This document shows, piece after piece, positions 37,665 through 46,602 of a stretch of DNA of 64,000 nt. The notes under the pieces are model-generated. The model did not search any database, was not told where the DNA came from, and worked only from the letters and a program-made list of their open reading frames with translations. Every line of letters starts with the position of its first letter. Position 1 is the first letter of the stretch. The position numbers were made by a program, and so were the translations under genes. This DNA comes from an uncultured Bifidobacterium sp. (GTDB taxonomy: Bacteria > Actinomycetota > Acidimicrobiia > Acidimicrobiales > Ilumatobacteraceae): the NCBI GenBank assembly GCA_964629075.1, contig CAZVPL010000001.1, positions 39,016 through 103,015 of the forward strand, written 5' to 3'.

Positions 37665-38451
37665 GCCTCGATGGTATGACGAGCTTGACTTCGTTCAGAC
37701 GCACCCTTGCGAGGCGCAGCCAGGTGAGAACCTTGATGACCCACCAGCCGTAGTCGATTTCATACCAGCGGTGCGCCAGGCGCGCAGAGGTGGGCGCAGC
37801 GTGGTGATTGTTGTGCAGACCCTCCCCTGCGGTGAGGAAGGCGAGCCATTGGAGATTGCCCGCCCCATTGTCGTACGGACGTCGACCAAAGTGGTGTCCG
37901 ATCGCATTCACCGCCGCGGATCCGCCGAGATACAGATTCACATGGACCAAGGCGGCAGCGAGGCCCACCCACGCGCCGAACAAGAGGCAGAGTGAGGTGA
38001 TCCCGAGTGTGAGTCCGAGAATCGTGCGATCAAAGAGGAACCTGTCGAGTGCCGTAGCGGGCATGTCCTTGGCGTAACGGCCGAGGGTTGACGGATCACT
38101 TGCGCAACGCCGGTAGAGCGACACGTTCTTTGCCTGCACCGTCTTCCAACCAAGAAGTACCGGCGAATGGGGGTCGCCATCGACGTCCGTGAACGCGTGG
38201 TGTTTGCGATGGACGGCAACCCACTGCCGTGGGCGGATCCCCGTCGTGATCCAGACGACGAATCGGAAACCAACCGCAGCCGCGGGGGACAGACTGAGGG
38301 CGCGGTGGGACATCGCACGGTGGAGATACACCGTGGTCGCCACGTTTGCGACGACAGTGACCGTCAGCCCGATGACCAACGAAGCGAGAACGGTCCCGAC
38401 AACGGAATTTGGCGCGAAGAGAGCCGGCGCGAAGTTGAGGAAGGCAGACAT
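37651..38451 (-). CDS. membrane acyl-CoA/lipid desaturase (short delta-9-like)
   Basis: Three His boxes HRAMSH, HRKHH, HNNHH, plus TM segments. Confidence 0.85.
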   Translation of the reverse strand: MSAFLNFAPALFAPNSVVGTVLASLVIGLTVTVVANVATTVYLHRAMSHRALSLSPAAAVGFRFVVWITTGIRPRQWVAVHRKHHAFTDVDGDPHSPVLLGWKTVQAKNVSLYRRCASDPSTLGRYAKDMPATALDRFLFDRTILGLTLGITSLCLLFGAWVGLAAALVHVNLYLGGSAAVNAIGHHFGRRPYDNGAGNLQWLAFLTAGEGLHNNHHAAPTSARLAHRWYEIDYGWWVIKVLTWLRLARVRLNEVKLVIPSRRAAA

Positions 38452-38464
38452 GGTTACACCCTAA

Positions 38465-38486
38465 CTACCTACCGACCAGTAGGTAG
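38465..38486. promoter_or_regulatory. perfect 8-6-8 inverted repeat, candidate TetR operator in the desaturase/TetR divergent promoter
   Basis: CTACCTAC-cgacca-GTAGGTAG read directly. Located 14 bp from the desaturase start and 22 bp from the TetR start. Confidence 0.55.
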
Positions 38487-38507
38487 AACTCTCTGTAACC
38501 TTCGAGG

Positions 38508-39122
38508 GTGGCCAGCAAGCCGATGCGCGACCAAATCCTCGATGAAGCCACCGAGCTCTTCGCACGCCAGGGTTACGACGGGACGTCACTCAACGACATT
38601 GCGGCCGGGGTCGGCATCAAGCGCCCGAGTCTTTTGCATCATTTTCCGAGCAAGGATGCGCTCTACGGCGAAGTTTTCGAAAGGATGCTCTCGGAGTGGC
38701 TCGAGCGTGTCGAGAGCACGATCGCAACCCCCGGAACAGGTTGGGAGCGCTTCTCCGGGGTTCTCGCGTCGGGTTTCGACTTGTTCGTCGACAATCCGGC
38801 ATACGTGCGCCTGATGCGGCGAGAGGCGCTCGAGGGAGGTGACAGGCTCGGAATCGACCTGGTTGGAGTGGTGACGCCGCTCTTCGACGCCGCCGTCGAA
38901 TGGCTCGAGGGAGAAATGAGGGCGGGTCGTTTCCGCTCGGTCGACGCACGTCACATTCTCATCACTGCGTACGCATCTCTTCTCGGATATGTCTCCGACG
39001 CGCCGTTCATCAATGGACTGATGAACGATGACGCGCTCGCCCCTGCAACACTCGTCGCACGTCGCGGGCACATTCTCGACCTGTTCCACCGAGCGCTCGT
39101 ACCCGAAGGCGCTACCCCATGA
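38508..39122 (+). CDS. TetR family transcriptional regulator
   Basis: HTH LNDIAAGVGIKRPSLLHHFPSKDALY. GTG 38508 or ATG 38523. Confidence 0.9.
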   Translation: MASKPMRDQILDEATELFARQGYDGTSLNDIAAGVGIKRPSLLHHFPSKDALYGEVFERMLSEWLERVESTIATPGTGWERFSGVLASGFDLFVDNPAYVRLMRREALEGGDRLGIDLVGVVTPLFDAAVEWLEGEMRAGRFRSVDARHILITAYASLLGYVSDAPFINGLMNDDALAPATLVARRGHILDLFHRALVPEGATP

Positions 39123-39145
39123 GCGAGTCTCACTAGTCTCGGTTC

Positions 39146-41335
39146 GTGACCAGTCCAAACAATTCCCCGGTTAACTCGGGGAAGACATTGTCGGAACGCG
39201 AAAGCAAGTCTCTCCTCGCCGGCTTTGGCGTACCGTTCCTCCCCGAACTCGAACTCGAGCACCCCAACGAGGCAGCGGCGCTCACGTCGCTCATGTCGGC
39301 ACAGCGCCTGAGTTTTCCCGTTGTTGCAAAGCTGAACGGCGATCGAATTGCTCACAAGACAGAGCGTGGTCTTGTGAAGTTGAATCTCGCCGACGGCACC
39401 GCACTCACAGACGCAGTCGACTCGCTCTTCGCCGCGGCACGGCCCGAAGACGGACCAGTCTCGGTTCTCATCGCTCCGATGGTGAAGAGCAACCGAGAGT
39501 TCATCGCGGGATTGGTCCGCGACCCACAGTTCGGGCCGGTGGTCATGCTTGGTGTCGGGGGCGTGCTCGCAGAGGCGATAGCCGATGTCGTGTTCCGTCC
39601 TGTTCCCTTGGGCCCGGCGGATGCGAGCGAGATGATTTCCGAAATCAAGGCCCAGAAGCTGCTCGGAGAGTTCCGTGGCGGACCCGCGATTGATCGCGAA
39701 GCGCTGTCATCCGTCCTCCTCGGGCTGTCGAAGGCAGCCGTGGCGCGACCCGATGTGGCATCCATCGATGTCAACCCACTTCTCGTCGATGCAACGGGAG
39801 GCGTGGTTGCCGTCGATGCACTCGTCGAACTGGCCGACCAGGCGATCGAGGCTGCAACAGCGCCACGCACACCATGGTTGCGCGATGAACACTTTCGGGC
39901 GTTGTTCGAGCCTCGCGGCGTACTCGTTGCGGGTGCGTCGAGTCACCCCGGAAAGTTCGGATTCGTTTCGATGCACAACATCCTTGCGAGCGGTTACAAG
40001 GGACGCGTGGGTGGCACGAACTTGTCGGGAGAAGTCGTACTGGGAGTACAAACCGTGGCCTCCGTCGCTGATCTTCCGGAAGGTTTCGCCGACTTGGTCT
40101 TTGTCTGCACTCCGACTTCGGCCAATCCAGGGCTCCTGCGAGATTGCGCCGCTCGAGGCGTCAAGGCTGCATTTCTTACGTCGGCGGGCTACGGGGAGGC
40201 CGGTGAAGAGGGTCGTGCCCTCGAGGCCGACATCGTTGCACTCGCCGAAGAGCTCGACATTCTTCTCGCCGGCCCGAACGGTCAGGGTGTGGTCAGCACT
40301 CCCGCCGAACTGTGCGCCCAAATCGTTGCGCCATATCCGCCGCGCGGGCGCATCGGTGTCGCCAGCCAGAGCGGCAATTTTGTTTCATCGTTCCTGAACT
40401 ACGCGCGGTCCAGCGGAGTCGGCGTCAGCCGCGCAGTGTCGGCCGGCAACGCCGCGAGCGTGTCGGTCGCCGACTACCTCGGGTGGTACGCGACCGACCC
40501 CGAGACCTCCGTGGGGCTGGCCTACCTGGAAGGCATCTCCGATGGTCGGGCACTCATGGCTCAACTCGCTCATGTCGCCGAGCGCATGCCGCTTGTCGTC
40601 GTGAAGGGTGGCGCCACCGAGGCCGGAGCCAAGGCTGCCGCGAGTCATACGGGTGCTTTGGCGGCAAACGACAAGGTGTTCGATGGCGCCTGCAGAGCAG
40701 CCGGAATCGTTCGCGCCGCGACCGTGGAAGAAGCCTTCGACACAGCGGCCTGCTTTGCCACCCAGCCGCTTCCGCGCGGCGGTCGAACGGTCATCCTCAC
40801 GACGGCGGGAGGGTGGGGTGTCGTCACGTCCGACGCACTGTTCCAGCGCCCCGAACTCGAACTCATTCAGCTTCCCGAGGACTTGAAAGAATCGATCGAC
40901 GCCTTGTTGCCGCCGCGCTGGAGCAAAGGCAATCCGGTCGACTGTGCCGGAGGAGAAACCCGCGACACGATCCCCGAGGTGCTCGGACTGATCTCCCGGC
41001 ACGAGGCTGTCGATGCGGTGATTTATCTCGGCATCGGAATCCAGTCGAATCAGGCGCGCTTGATGCGCGAAGGGAACTTCTATCCCGACCATGGCTTGGA
41101 ACGCATCGTCTCCTACCACGAGCGACAAGACGCGCGTTTCGCCGAGGCAGCCGCCCAACTGTCGGCCGAAACCGCAAAGCCCATTCTCGTTGCCACCGAG
41201 CTTGCCATCGCTGATCCGGAGAATCCCGGGCCACGAACCGTTCGCGAAACGGGTCGGTATTGCTTCCCGACGGGCAACCGGGCGGTGGCGGCCCTGGCTC
41301 ACATGGTTCGCTACGCGAACCACCGACGTCGATGA
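39146..41335 (+). CDS. ADP-forming acetate/acyl-CoA ligase family protein (ATP-grasp, then CoA-binding and CoA-ligase domains)
   Basis: N-terminal ATP-grasp-like region (FPVVAKL...REFIAGLVRDPQFGPVVMLGVGG), then CoA-binding (GVLVAGASSHPGKFG) and the phospho-His loop ASHTGALA. GTG start. Confidence 0.8.
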   Translation: MTSPNNSPVNSGKTLSERESKSLLAGFGVPFLPELELEHPNEAAALTSLMSAQRLSFPVVAKLNGDRIAHKTERGLVKLNLADGTALTDAVDSLFAAARPEDGPVSVLIAPMVKSNREFIAGLVRDPQFGPVVMLGVGGVLAEAIADVVFRPVPLGPADASEMISEIKAQKLLGEFRGGPAIDREALSSVLLGLSKAAVARPDVASIDVNPLLVDATGGVVAVDALVELADQAIEAATAPRTPWLRDEHFRALFEPRGVLVAGASSHPGKFGFVSMHNILASGYKGRVGGTNLSGEVVLGVQTVASVADLPEGFADLVFVCTPTSANPGLLRDCAARGVKAAFLTSAGYGEAGEEGRALEADIVALAEELDILLAGPNGQGVVSTPAELCAQIVAPYPPRGRIGVASQSGNFVSSFLNYARSSGVGVSRAVSAGNAASVSVADYLGWYATDPETSVGLAYLEGISDGRALMAQLAHVAERMPLVVVKGGATEAGAKAAASHTGALAANDKVFDGACRAAGIVRAATVEEAFDTAACFATQPLPRGGRTVILTTAGGWGVVTSDALFQRPELELIQLPEDLKESIDALLPPRWSKGNPVDCAGGETRDTIPEVLGLISRHEAVDAVIYLGIGIQSNQARLMREGNFYPDHGLERIVSYHERQDARFAEAAAQLSAETAKPILVATELAIADPENPGPRTVRETGRYCFPTGNRAVAALAHMVRYANHRRR

Positions 41336-42783
41336 GTCGATCGAACGACAAAGCCGAGACCGCCGCGAAGGCGTCCAACAAACGTCGTCGTGCGCGGCGC
41401 CCCGGACGCCTCGTCGCCATTGTCGGCGCCGTTGGGGCGGCGCCTCTTGCGGCACTGTGGTTCGCTGGTCATTCACTCGCTACGCGCACCGAAGGTCGCA
41501 GCGCAGATCCGGTGTCGTATCTCGCGACACCGGTACTGAACGTTCGTCGCGCCGCAACGACGCTCGTCGGCGACATCGCCGCGAGAAATCTCCGTGCCGA
41601 ACTGGCATCGATCGTCGACCGAATGCCGTCGAACGCTTGCATCAGGATCGACGCTGGCGGGCGAGTGGTGCTGAGCAAATCCGCCGACAAGGCCCTCGTG
41701 CCCGCAAGCACGATGAAGATTGCAACCGCTGCCGTCGCACTCGATGTCCTGCCCGCCGACACGCGCTTCGTGACGCGAGTTCTGGGAACGGTCGACAACG
41801 GGATCGTGGGTGGAGACCTAACCCTCGTTGGAGGAGGAGATCCACTCCTTGTCAGTCGCGAATATCTGCCGACGGAGAAGTATCCGACGACGGACCCGAC
41901 TTATCTCGACGACTTGGCCGACAAGGTGAAGAGTGCCGGTGTCACCGCGGTTTCAGGTTCCGTGGTCGGTGATGAGTCATACCTCGATGATGATCGCTAC
42001 CTCGATGACTGGGCTTCGGGAATCCGAGGCACCGAAGGTGGCCCACTCGGCGCGTTGATGGTGAACGACGGCGTCGTCGTCGGAAATCCGATCAAGCCCG
42101 ACAATCCGGCCATCGCCGCCGCCGCAGAGTTCACCCGGCTCCTCGAAGCCCGCGGCATCGCGGTGGCAGGAGACCCAAAGGAGGCAAAGGGAGCCCCCGC
42201 AGGCGCAGCCATCGCCGAGATCCAGTCGAGCCCCCTCGTCAAGATCGTTGCGGAGATGTTGACCAACAGTGACAACAACACTGCCGAGGTGCTCGTGCGC
42301 CACCTCGGTCTCGCAAAGTCCCTGCAGCCAACGACGGCAGCGGGCCTGGCCGTCATCAGTCAAACGCTGGCGACGTGGGGCATCGACGGGGTCGTGGCGA
42401 AAGACGGATCGGGTTTGTCGCGGGGGAATCGAATCACGTGTGCGGCTCTTGTCGAGCTCTTGGAACGCGAGCCCGTGGGGGGAGAATTGAAGTCGGGTCT
42501 CGCCGTTGCAGCGCGCACAGGGACCCTGAGGGACGTCTTCGACGGAACCCCCGTTGCCGGGAAGCTTCTCGGCAAGACGGGAACGCTCCTTAACGTGAAG
42601 ACACTTGCCGGTGTCCTTCCGGTCGACAGCAAGGACGAAGTTCTCTTTGCGCTGTTGCTGAACGGCGCGGGCTGGGCCGACCAAGGCAACTACCGGCCGC
42701 TCTGGGAACAGCTCAGCACGGCACTCGCGACGTACCCAAAGGCTCCGACGCGGAGTCAGGTGGCGGTACTCGGAGCCGGCTGA
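41332..42783 (+). CDS. dacB: D-alanyl-D-alanine carboxypeptidase/endopeptidase (PBP4, S13 family)
   Basis: SxxK (PASTMK), SxN (NSDNN), KTG (GKTGTL). N-terminal basic region plus TM. ATGA overlap with the upstream gene. Confidence 0.88.
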   Translation: MSRSNDKAETAAKASNKRRRARRPGRLVAIVGAVGAAPLAALWFAGHSLATRTEGRSADPVSYLATPVLNVRRAATTLVGDIAARNLRAELASIVDRMPSNACIRIDAGGRVVLSKSADKALVPASTMKIATAAVALDVLPADTRFVTRVLGTVDNGIVGGDLTLVGGGDPLLVSREYLPTEKYPTTDPTYLDDLADKVKSAGVTAVSGSVVGDESYLDDDRYLDDWASGIRGTEGGPLGALMVNDGVVVGNPIKPDNPAIAAAAEFTRLLEARGIAVAGDPKEAKGAPAGAAIAEIQSSPLVKIVAEMLTNSDNNTAEVLVRHLGLAKSLQPTTAAGLAVISQTLATWGIDGVVAKDGSGLSRGNRITCAALVELLEREPVGGELKSGLAVAARTGTLRDVFDGTPVAGKLLGKTGTLLNVKTLAGVLPVDSKDEVLFALLLNGAGWADQGNYRPLWEQLSTALATYPKAPTRSQVAVLGAG

Positions 42784-42793
42784 CCCAGGCACG

Positions 42794-43156
42794 ATGCGGC
42801 CGAGTGCAATTCAGCCGGTTCGCTGCGAGAATCGTGTCGTGGCAAAGGACGACGCAAACCGCACGTCTCGCGAGCGTGATGGCGAACTTTTCGATCTCGT
42901 CGTCTCGTACGCGCGTCAGGAAACCATCGAACCGCTTCGCGGGGTCGGACGGTGGGTGGCGTTTGGTCTCATTTCGATGGGGCTCATTTCGGTCGGCATG
43001 GTCCTTGTTTCCCTTGGGCTACTCCGGGCGGTGCAAGACATCGGGGGAACCACCTTCGACGGCGCGTGGTCCTTCGTGCCCTACATCTTCGGCGTCGTGT
43101 TCGCTTCGGTGATCGTCGCCATCGCCATCAGTCAAATCAAACGTCCGCGGCTCTAG
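42794..43156 (+). CDS. small membrane protein (holin-X-like/phage-holin-family-like topology)
   Basis: Two TM helices (WVAFGLISMGLISVGMVLVSLGLL, VPYIFGVVFASVIVAIAI). Family call is tentative and the start is uncertain. Confidence 0.5.
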   Translation: MRPSAIQPVRCENRVVAKDDANRTSRERDGELFDLVVSYARQETIEPLRGVGRWVAFGLISMGLISVGMVLVSLGLLRAVQDIGGTTFDGAWSFVPYIFGVVFASVIVAIAISQIKRPRL

Positions 43157-43163
43157 GGAGAAC

Positions 43164-43382
43164 GTGATGCAGGAAAACGGTTCCGACAGGAAGATCTCGA
43201 AAGACGACCTCGAGCGGCGTTTCAAGGCGCTTCAGAACGATCTTCAGGGCACGGTCGAAAACAAGAAGCAGACGCTGCTCGCCATCGCAGGCGCAGGAGC
43301 AGCAGTGCTGATCATCGTGTCGTACCTCTTTGGCCGGCGACGCGGCACGCGCCGCGCCACGCGGGTGGAGTTCAGGCGCTGA
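43164..43382 (+). CDS. small C-terminally anchored membrane protein
   Basis: Charged helical N-terminus, single TM LLAIAGAGAAVLIIVSYLF, basic tail. 7 bp after the previous stop. Confidence 0.5.
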   Translation: MMQENGSDRKISKDDLERRFKALQNDLQGTVENKKQTLLAIAGAGAAVLIIVSYLFGRRRGTRRATRVEFRR

Positions 43383-43387
43383 CCGCA

Positions 43388-43609
43388 ATGGCATCCCGCC
43401 GTACCCGTCGAATCGGCTTTCTCGCGTCTCTCGTCATCGGCGGAACGCCGAAGCGCCGCAAAGTGTTCAACGCCATCGTTCGTCGTTCACGGTCGGTCAC
43501 CCGAGGTGTCATCATCGTTCGAATCGTCCGCCGCGCGCTGCGCGGGTCGACCCCGAGCCAGGTGTCCGTTCGCACTTCGCGGGCGGTCATCGACGTCGAG
43601 GGTCGCTGA
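43388..43609 (+). CDS. possible small, extremely Arg-rich protein
   Basis: ATG lies 5 nt after the previous stop, and the stop lies 5 nt before the trmI ATG. About three quarters of third positions are G/C by hand count, similar to prcA. No homology recognised. Confidence 0.35.
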   Translation: MASRRTRRIGFLASLVIGGTPKRRKVFNAIVRRSRSVTRGVIIVRIVRRALRGSTPSQVSVRTSRAVIDVEGR

Positions 43610-43614
43610 GAGCG

Positions 43615-44400
43615 ATGTTCGCTTTTGGTGACACGTTCGCCTTCGGCGAGAAGGTGATGCTCGTCGACCGCAAGGAACGTCGTTACCTCGTTGACCTCGC
43701 AGCCGGCGGGGAATTCCACAGTCATGCGGGATTCGTGTCCCACGACGACATCGTGGGCTGCCCCGACGGCGCCGAGGTTGTCTCGACAAAAGGCGCGCGC
43801 TACATCGTTCTGCGACCGACACTCGAGGATTTCGTCGTCGAGATGCCCCGTGGGGCACAAGTCATCTACCCCAAGGACCTGGCGACAATCCTCATGATCG
43901 GGGACATCCGTCCGGGCGTGCGTGTTCTCGAGTCGGGGATCGGTTCGGGGGCTTTGTCGATGGCCATGCTCCGCGCCGGTGCCGAGATCACCGGTTACGA
44001 ACTGCGCGAGGATTTTGCGAATCGCGCACGCGCAAACGTCAGGTCGTTTCTCGGCGAGTCCGCCCTCGCTTCTTACGACATACACATCCGTAACTGCTAC
44101 GACGGCATTGACGGATCCGACTTCGACCGAGTGATTCTCGACCTACCCGAACCTTGGCTCGTGGTCGACCATGCCGTGAACGCCCTGCGGCTGGGCGGCG
44201 TCTTGGTTGCCTACACGCCGGCGATCACTCAGGCCATGCAGGTGCGCGCCGCACTGGGTGACTACTGGAGCGGACAACGGACACTCGAGGTGCTGCACAG
44301 GACGTGGCACATCGACGGACAAGCTGTTCGTCCCGACCACCGTATGGTCGCCCACACCGGTTTTCTCACTGCCGCCCGCCTGGTGGGCAAACCCGATTGA
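43615..44400 (+). CDS. trmI: tRNA (adenine58-N1)-methyltransferase TrmI
   Basis: GEKVMLVDRKERRYLV...HSHAGFVSHDDIVG...QVIYPKD and SAM motif VLESGIGSGALS. Start at MFAFGD (ATG 43615). Confidence 0.88.
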   Translation: MFAFGDTFAFGEKVMLVDRKERRYLVDLAAGGEFHSHAGFVSHDDIVGCPDGAEVVSTKGARYIVLRPTLEDFVVEMPRGAQVIYPKDLATILMIGDIRPGVRVLESGIGSGALSMAMLRAGAEITGYELREDFANRARANVRSFLGESALASYDIHIRNCYDGIDGSDFDRVILDLPEPWLVVDHAVNALRLGGVLVAYTPAITQAMQVRAALGDYWSGQRTLEVLHRTWHIDGQAVRPDHRMVAHTGFLTAARLVGKPD

Positions 44401-44417
44401 AAGCCCCGAAGGGGTTT
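44401..44417. terminator. short GC hairpin between convergent trmI and ferredoxin genes (weak bidirectional terminator candidate)
   Basis: aaGCCCC-gaa-GGGGttt read directly. Short stem, triloop, and only a 3-nt T run. Confidence 0.3.
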
Positions 44418-44446
44418 AAGCAAACAAAGATCTCAGATCCGAACGA

Positions 44447-44692
44447 TCAGGGCTCGATGAAGATGCACTCGCCAGGGCACTCTTCGGCTGATTCAACGAC
44501 CGCATCAATCATGCTGTCGGGGAAACTCGCGAGACCCTCGGCACCTTGAGGGTTGCCCTTCGCCGTTGCGAAAATCTTGCTTCCCTCTTTCACGTATGCG
44601 AGCCCATCGTCGAGGAGGGTGAACACATCCGGCGCGATCTCTTCGCAGAGGCCATCGCCCGTGCACAGATCCTGATCGATCCAGACCTTCAT
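44447..44692 (-). CDS. single-cluster ferredoxin
   Basis: CTGDGLCEEIAP ... CPGECIFIE is the CxxDxxC...CP pattern of small 3Fe/4Fe ferredoxins. Confidence 0.85.
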   Translation of the reverse strand: MKVWIDQDLCTGDGLCEEIAPDVFTLLDDGLAYVKEGSKIFATAKGNPQGAEGLASFPDSMIDAVVESAEECPGECIFIEP

Positions 44693-44902
44693 TGACTGCT
44701 CCTTCGTCGCTCGTGTGAGTCGCTGATGTGAAAGCGAGACCGCCCGGGGACGAGCGATGACGCGCCATGACTCTACACAACCAGACCCCAGAGGTCACCT
44801 TTTGCACGGGACAACCACCACGTTCCTGCGGGGTGGTGGCGCGACGACGGGCCGGAGGTGATAGAGAGAAGCAAGGACATCTCGTCGTGTCGGAGGTACG
44901 GA

Positions 44903-46588
44903 ATGTCGGGTGGGCAGGCAGAAGAGAGCGGCCAGGACGCAGGGCGTGTGGCCCGTCTCGAAGCGCAGCTTCTCGAGACAAAGAGCCAATTGGCCCACAA
45001 GAACGCCCAGAACGAGAAGTTGTCGTACACCCTGCGCGAGGCGCGGGAACACATTGCCCAACTTCGCGAGGAAGTGGACAAGCTTTCGCAGCCACCGTCG
45101 GCCTACGGAGTCATCGTGGGCAAGAACGACGACGAGACGGTCGACATTCTCACCAGTGGCCGCAAGATGAGGGTTCATCTGCATCCGGACATCGATTTCG
45201 AGACCGTCGCCCGTGGGGCAGAGGTCGTGCTGAACGAGAGCCTCAACGTCGTGATGGCACGCTCACCCGAAGGGTCTGGGGAAGTCGTGTCCCTGAAGGA
45301 AATCTGCGATGACGGCGTGCGTGCGGTGGTCACAGTTCGCGGCGACGACGAAAGAATCTGTGAACTAGCCGACGCGCTGCGTGGTGCGCACCTGCGTTCC
45401 GGAGATCTACTGCGCCTCGACCCGCGCTCGAATCTTCTCCTTGAAAAGCTTCCCCAGCCCGATGTCGAAGACCTGCTCCTCGAAGAGGTTCCCGACATCG
45501 ACTACGCCGACATCGGTGGACTCGACTCACAGATCGAGCTCATCGCCGATGCCGTCGAACTTCCGTTCCTCTACGGCGACTTGTTCGCCGAGCATCGGCT
45601 GCCGGCTCCGAAGGGTGTTCTCCTCTACGGACCACCCGGCTGCGGCAAGACTCTCATCGCCAAGGCCGTCGCAAACAGCCTCGCAAAGAAGGTGGCCGCC
45701 AAACAGGGCGATGCAAAGGGGCGCAGCTACTTCATCAACGTGAAGGGCCCCGAGCTGCTGAACAAGTACGTCGGCGAGACCGAGCGCCAGATCCGCCTCA
45801 TCTTCCAACGGGCAAGAGAAAAGAGCGAAGAGGGCTGGCCCGTCATCGTCTTTTTCGACGAGATGGACTCGATGTTCCGAACCCGCGGCAGCGGAATCAG
45901 CAGCGACATGGAGTCCACAATCGTGCCCCAGCTTCTCGCAGAAATCGACGGCGTCGAGGGGTTGCGGAACGTCATAGTCATTGGCGCGACGAACCGGGAG
46001 GACCTCATTGATCCTGCGATTCTTCGGCCCGGACGCCTCGACGTGTAGATCACGATCGAGCGTGCGGCCCGCACGTCGGCCTCGCAGATTTTTTCGCGCT
46101 ACCTCACATCGGATCTTCCCCTCGACCTCACCCTGCCCGACACGGACGACTCCCGAGACGCGGACGAAGCAGTGAGAGCAATGATCGACGCCACGGTCGA
46201 GGCGATGTACAGCGACGACGATTCGAACCGCTTCCTCGAAGTCACCTACCAGAACGGCGACAAGGAAACCCTGTATTTCCGCGACTTTGCCTCCGGGGCC
46301 ATGATCGAGAACATCGTTCGCCGCGCGAAGAAGCTGGCCATCAAGCGCGTGATCGCCGGCGGGGAACGGGGCATCAGATTGAACGACCTCGTTGAATCCG
46401 TGCGTCAGGAATTCAAGGAGCACGAGGACCTTCCGAACACCACGAATCCCGACGATTGGGCACGTATCTCCGGCAAGAAGGGCGAACGCATCGTCTTCAT
46501 TCGCACCCTCGTCAACGAACACGCCGGGGACGCCTCGTCTCGCGGTGGCAAGGCGATCGAACGCACCGCCACCGGTCAGTACCTCTGA
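44903..46588 (+). pseudogene. arc: proteasome-associated AAA ATPase ARC/Mpa, reading frame interrupted by one in-frame TAG (46046-46048)
   Basis: Coiled-coil N-terminus, Walker A GPPGCGKT, Walker [25 protein letters not shown]. The downstream part (ORF track 46172-46588) is in the same frame and ends TGQYL. ORF-track fragments are 44858-46048 and 46172-46588. Start ATG 44903 is preceded by GGAGG. Confidence 0.85.
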
Positions 46589-46602
46589 GTCGCGGGCTAC
46601 AA

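Noticed and set aside
46046-46048. Genome-wide TAG reassignment (for example pyrrolysine) as the explanation for the in-frame TAG in arc
   Set aside because: TAG clearly terminates other genes in the window (pup at 48368-48370, nagA at 36537-36539, the M18 peptidase at 20608-20610). No pyl-like genes are visible, and the expected residue is an ordinary lysine.
46172-46588. 138-aa ORF as an independent gene
   Set aside because: It is in the same frame as the upstream arc fragment, and homology to the Mpa/ARC C-terminal domain already starts right after the TAG at 46049. It is the 3' part of arc, not a separate gene.
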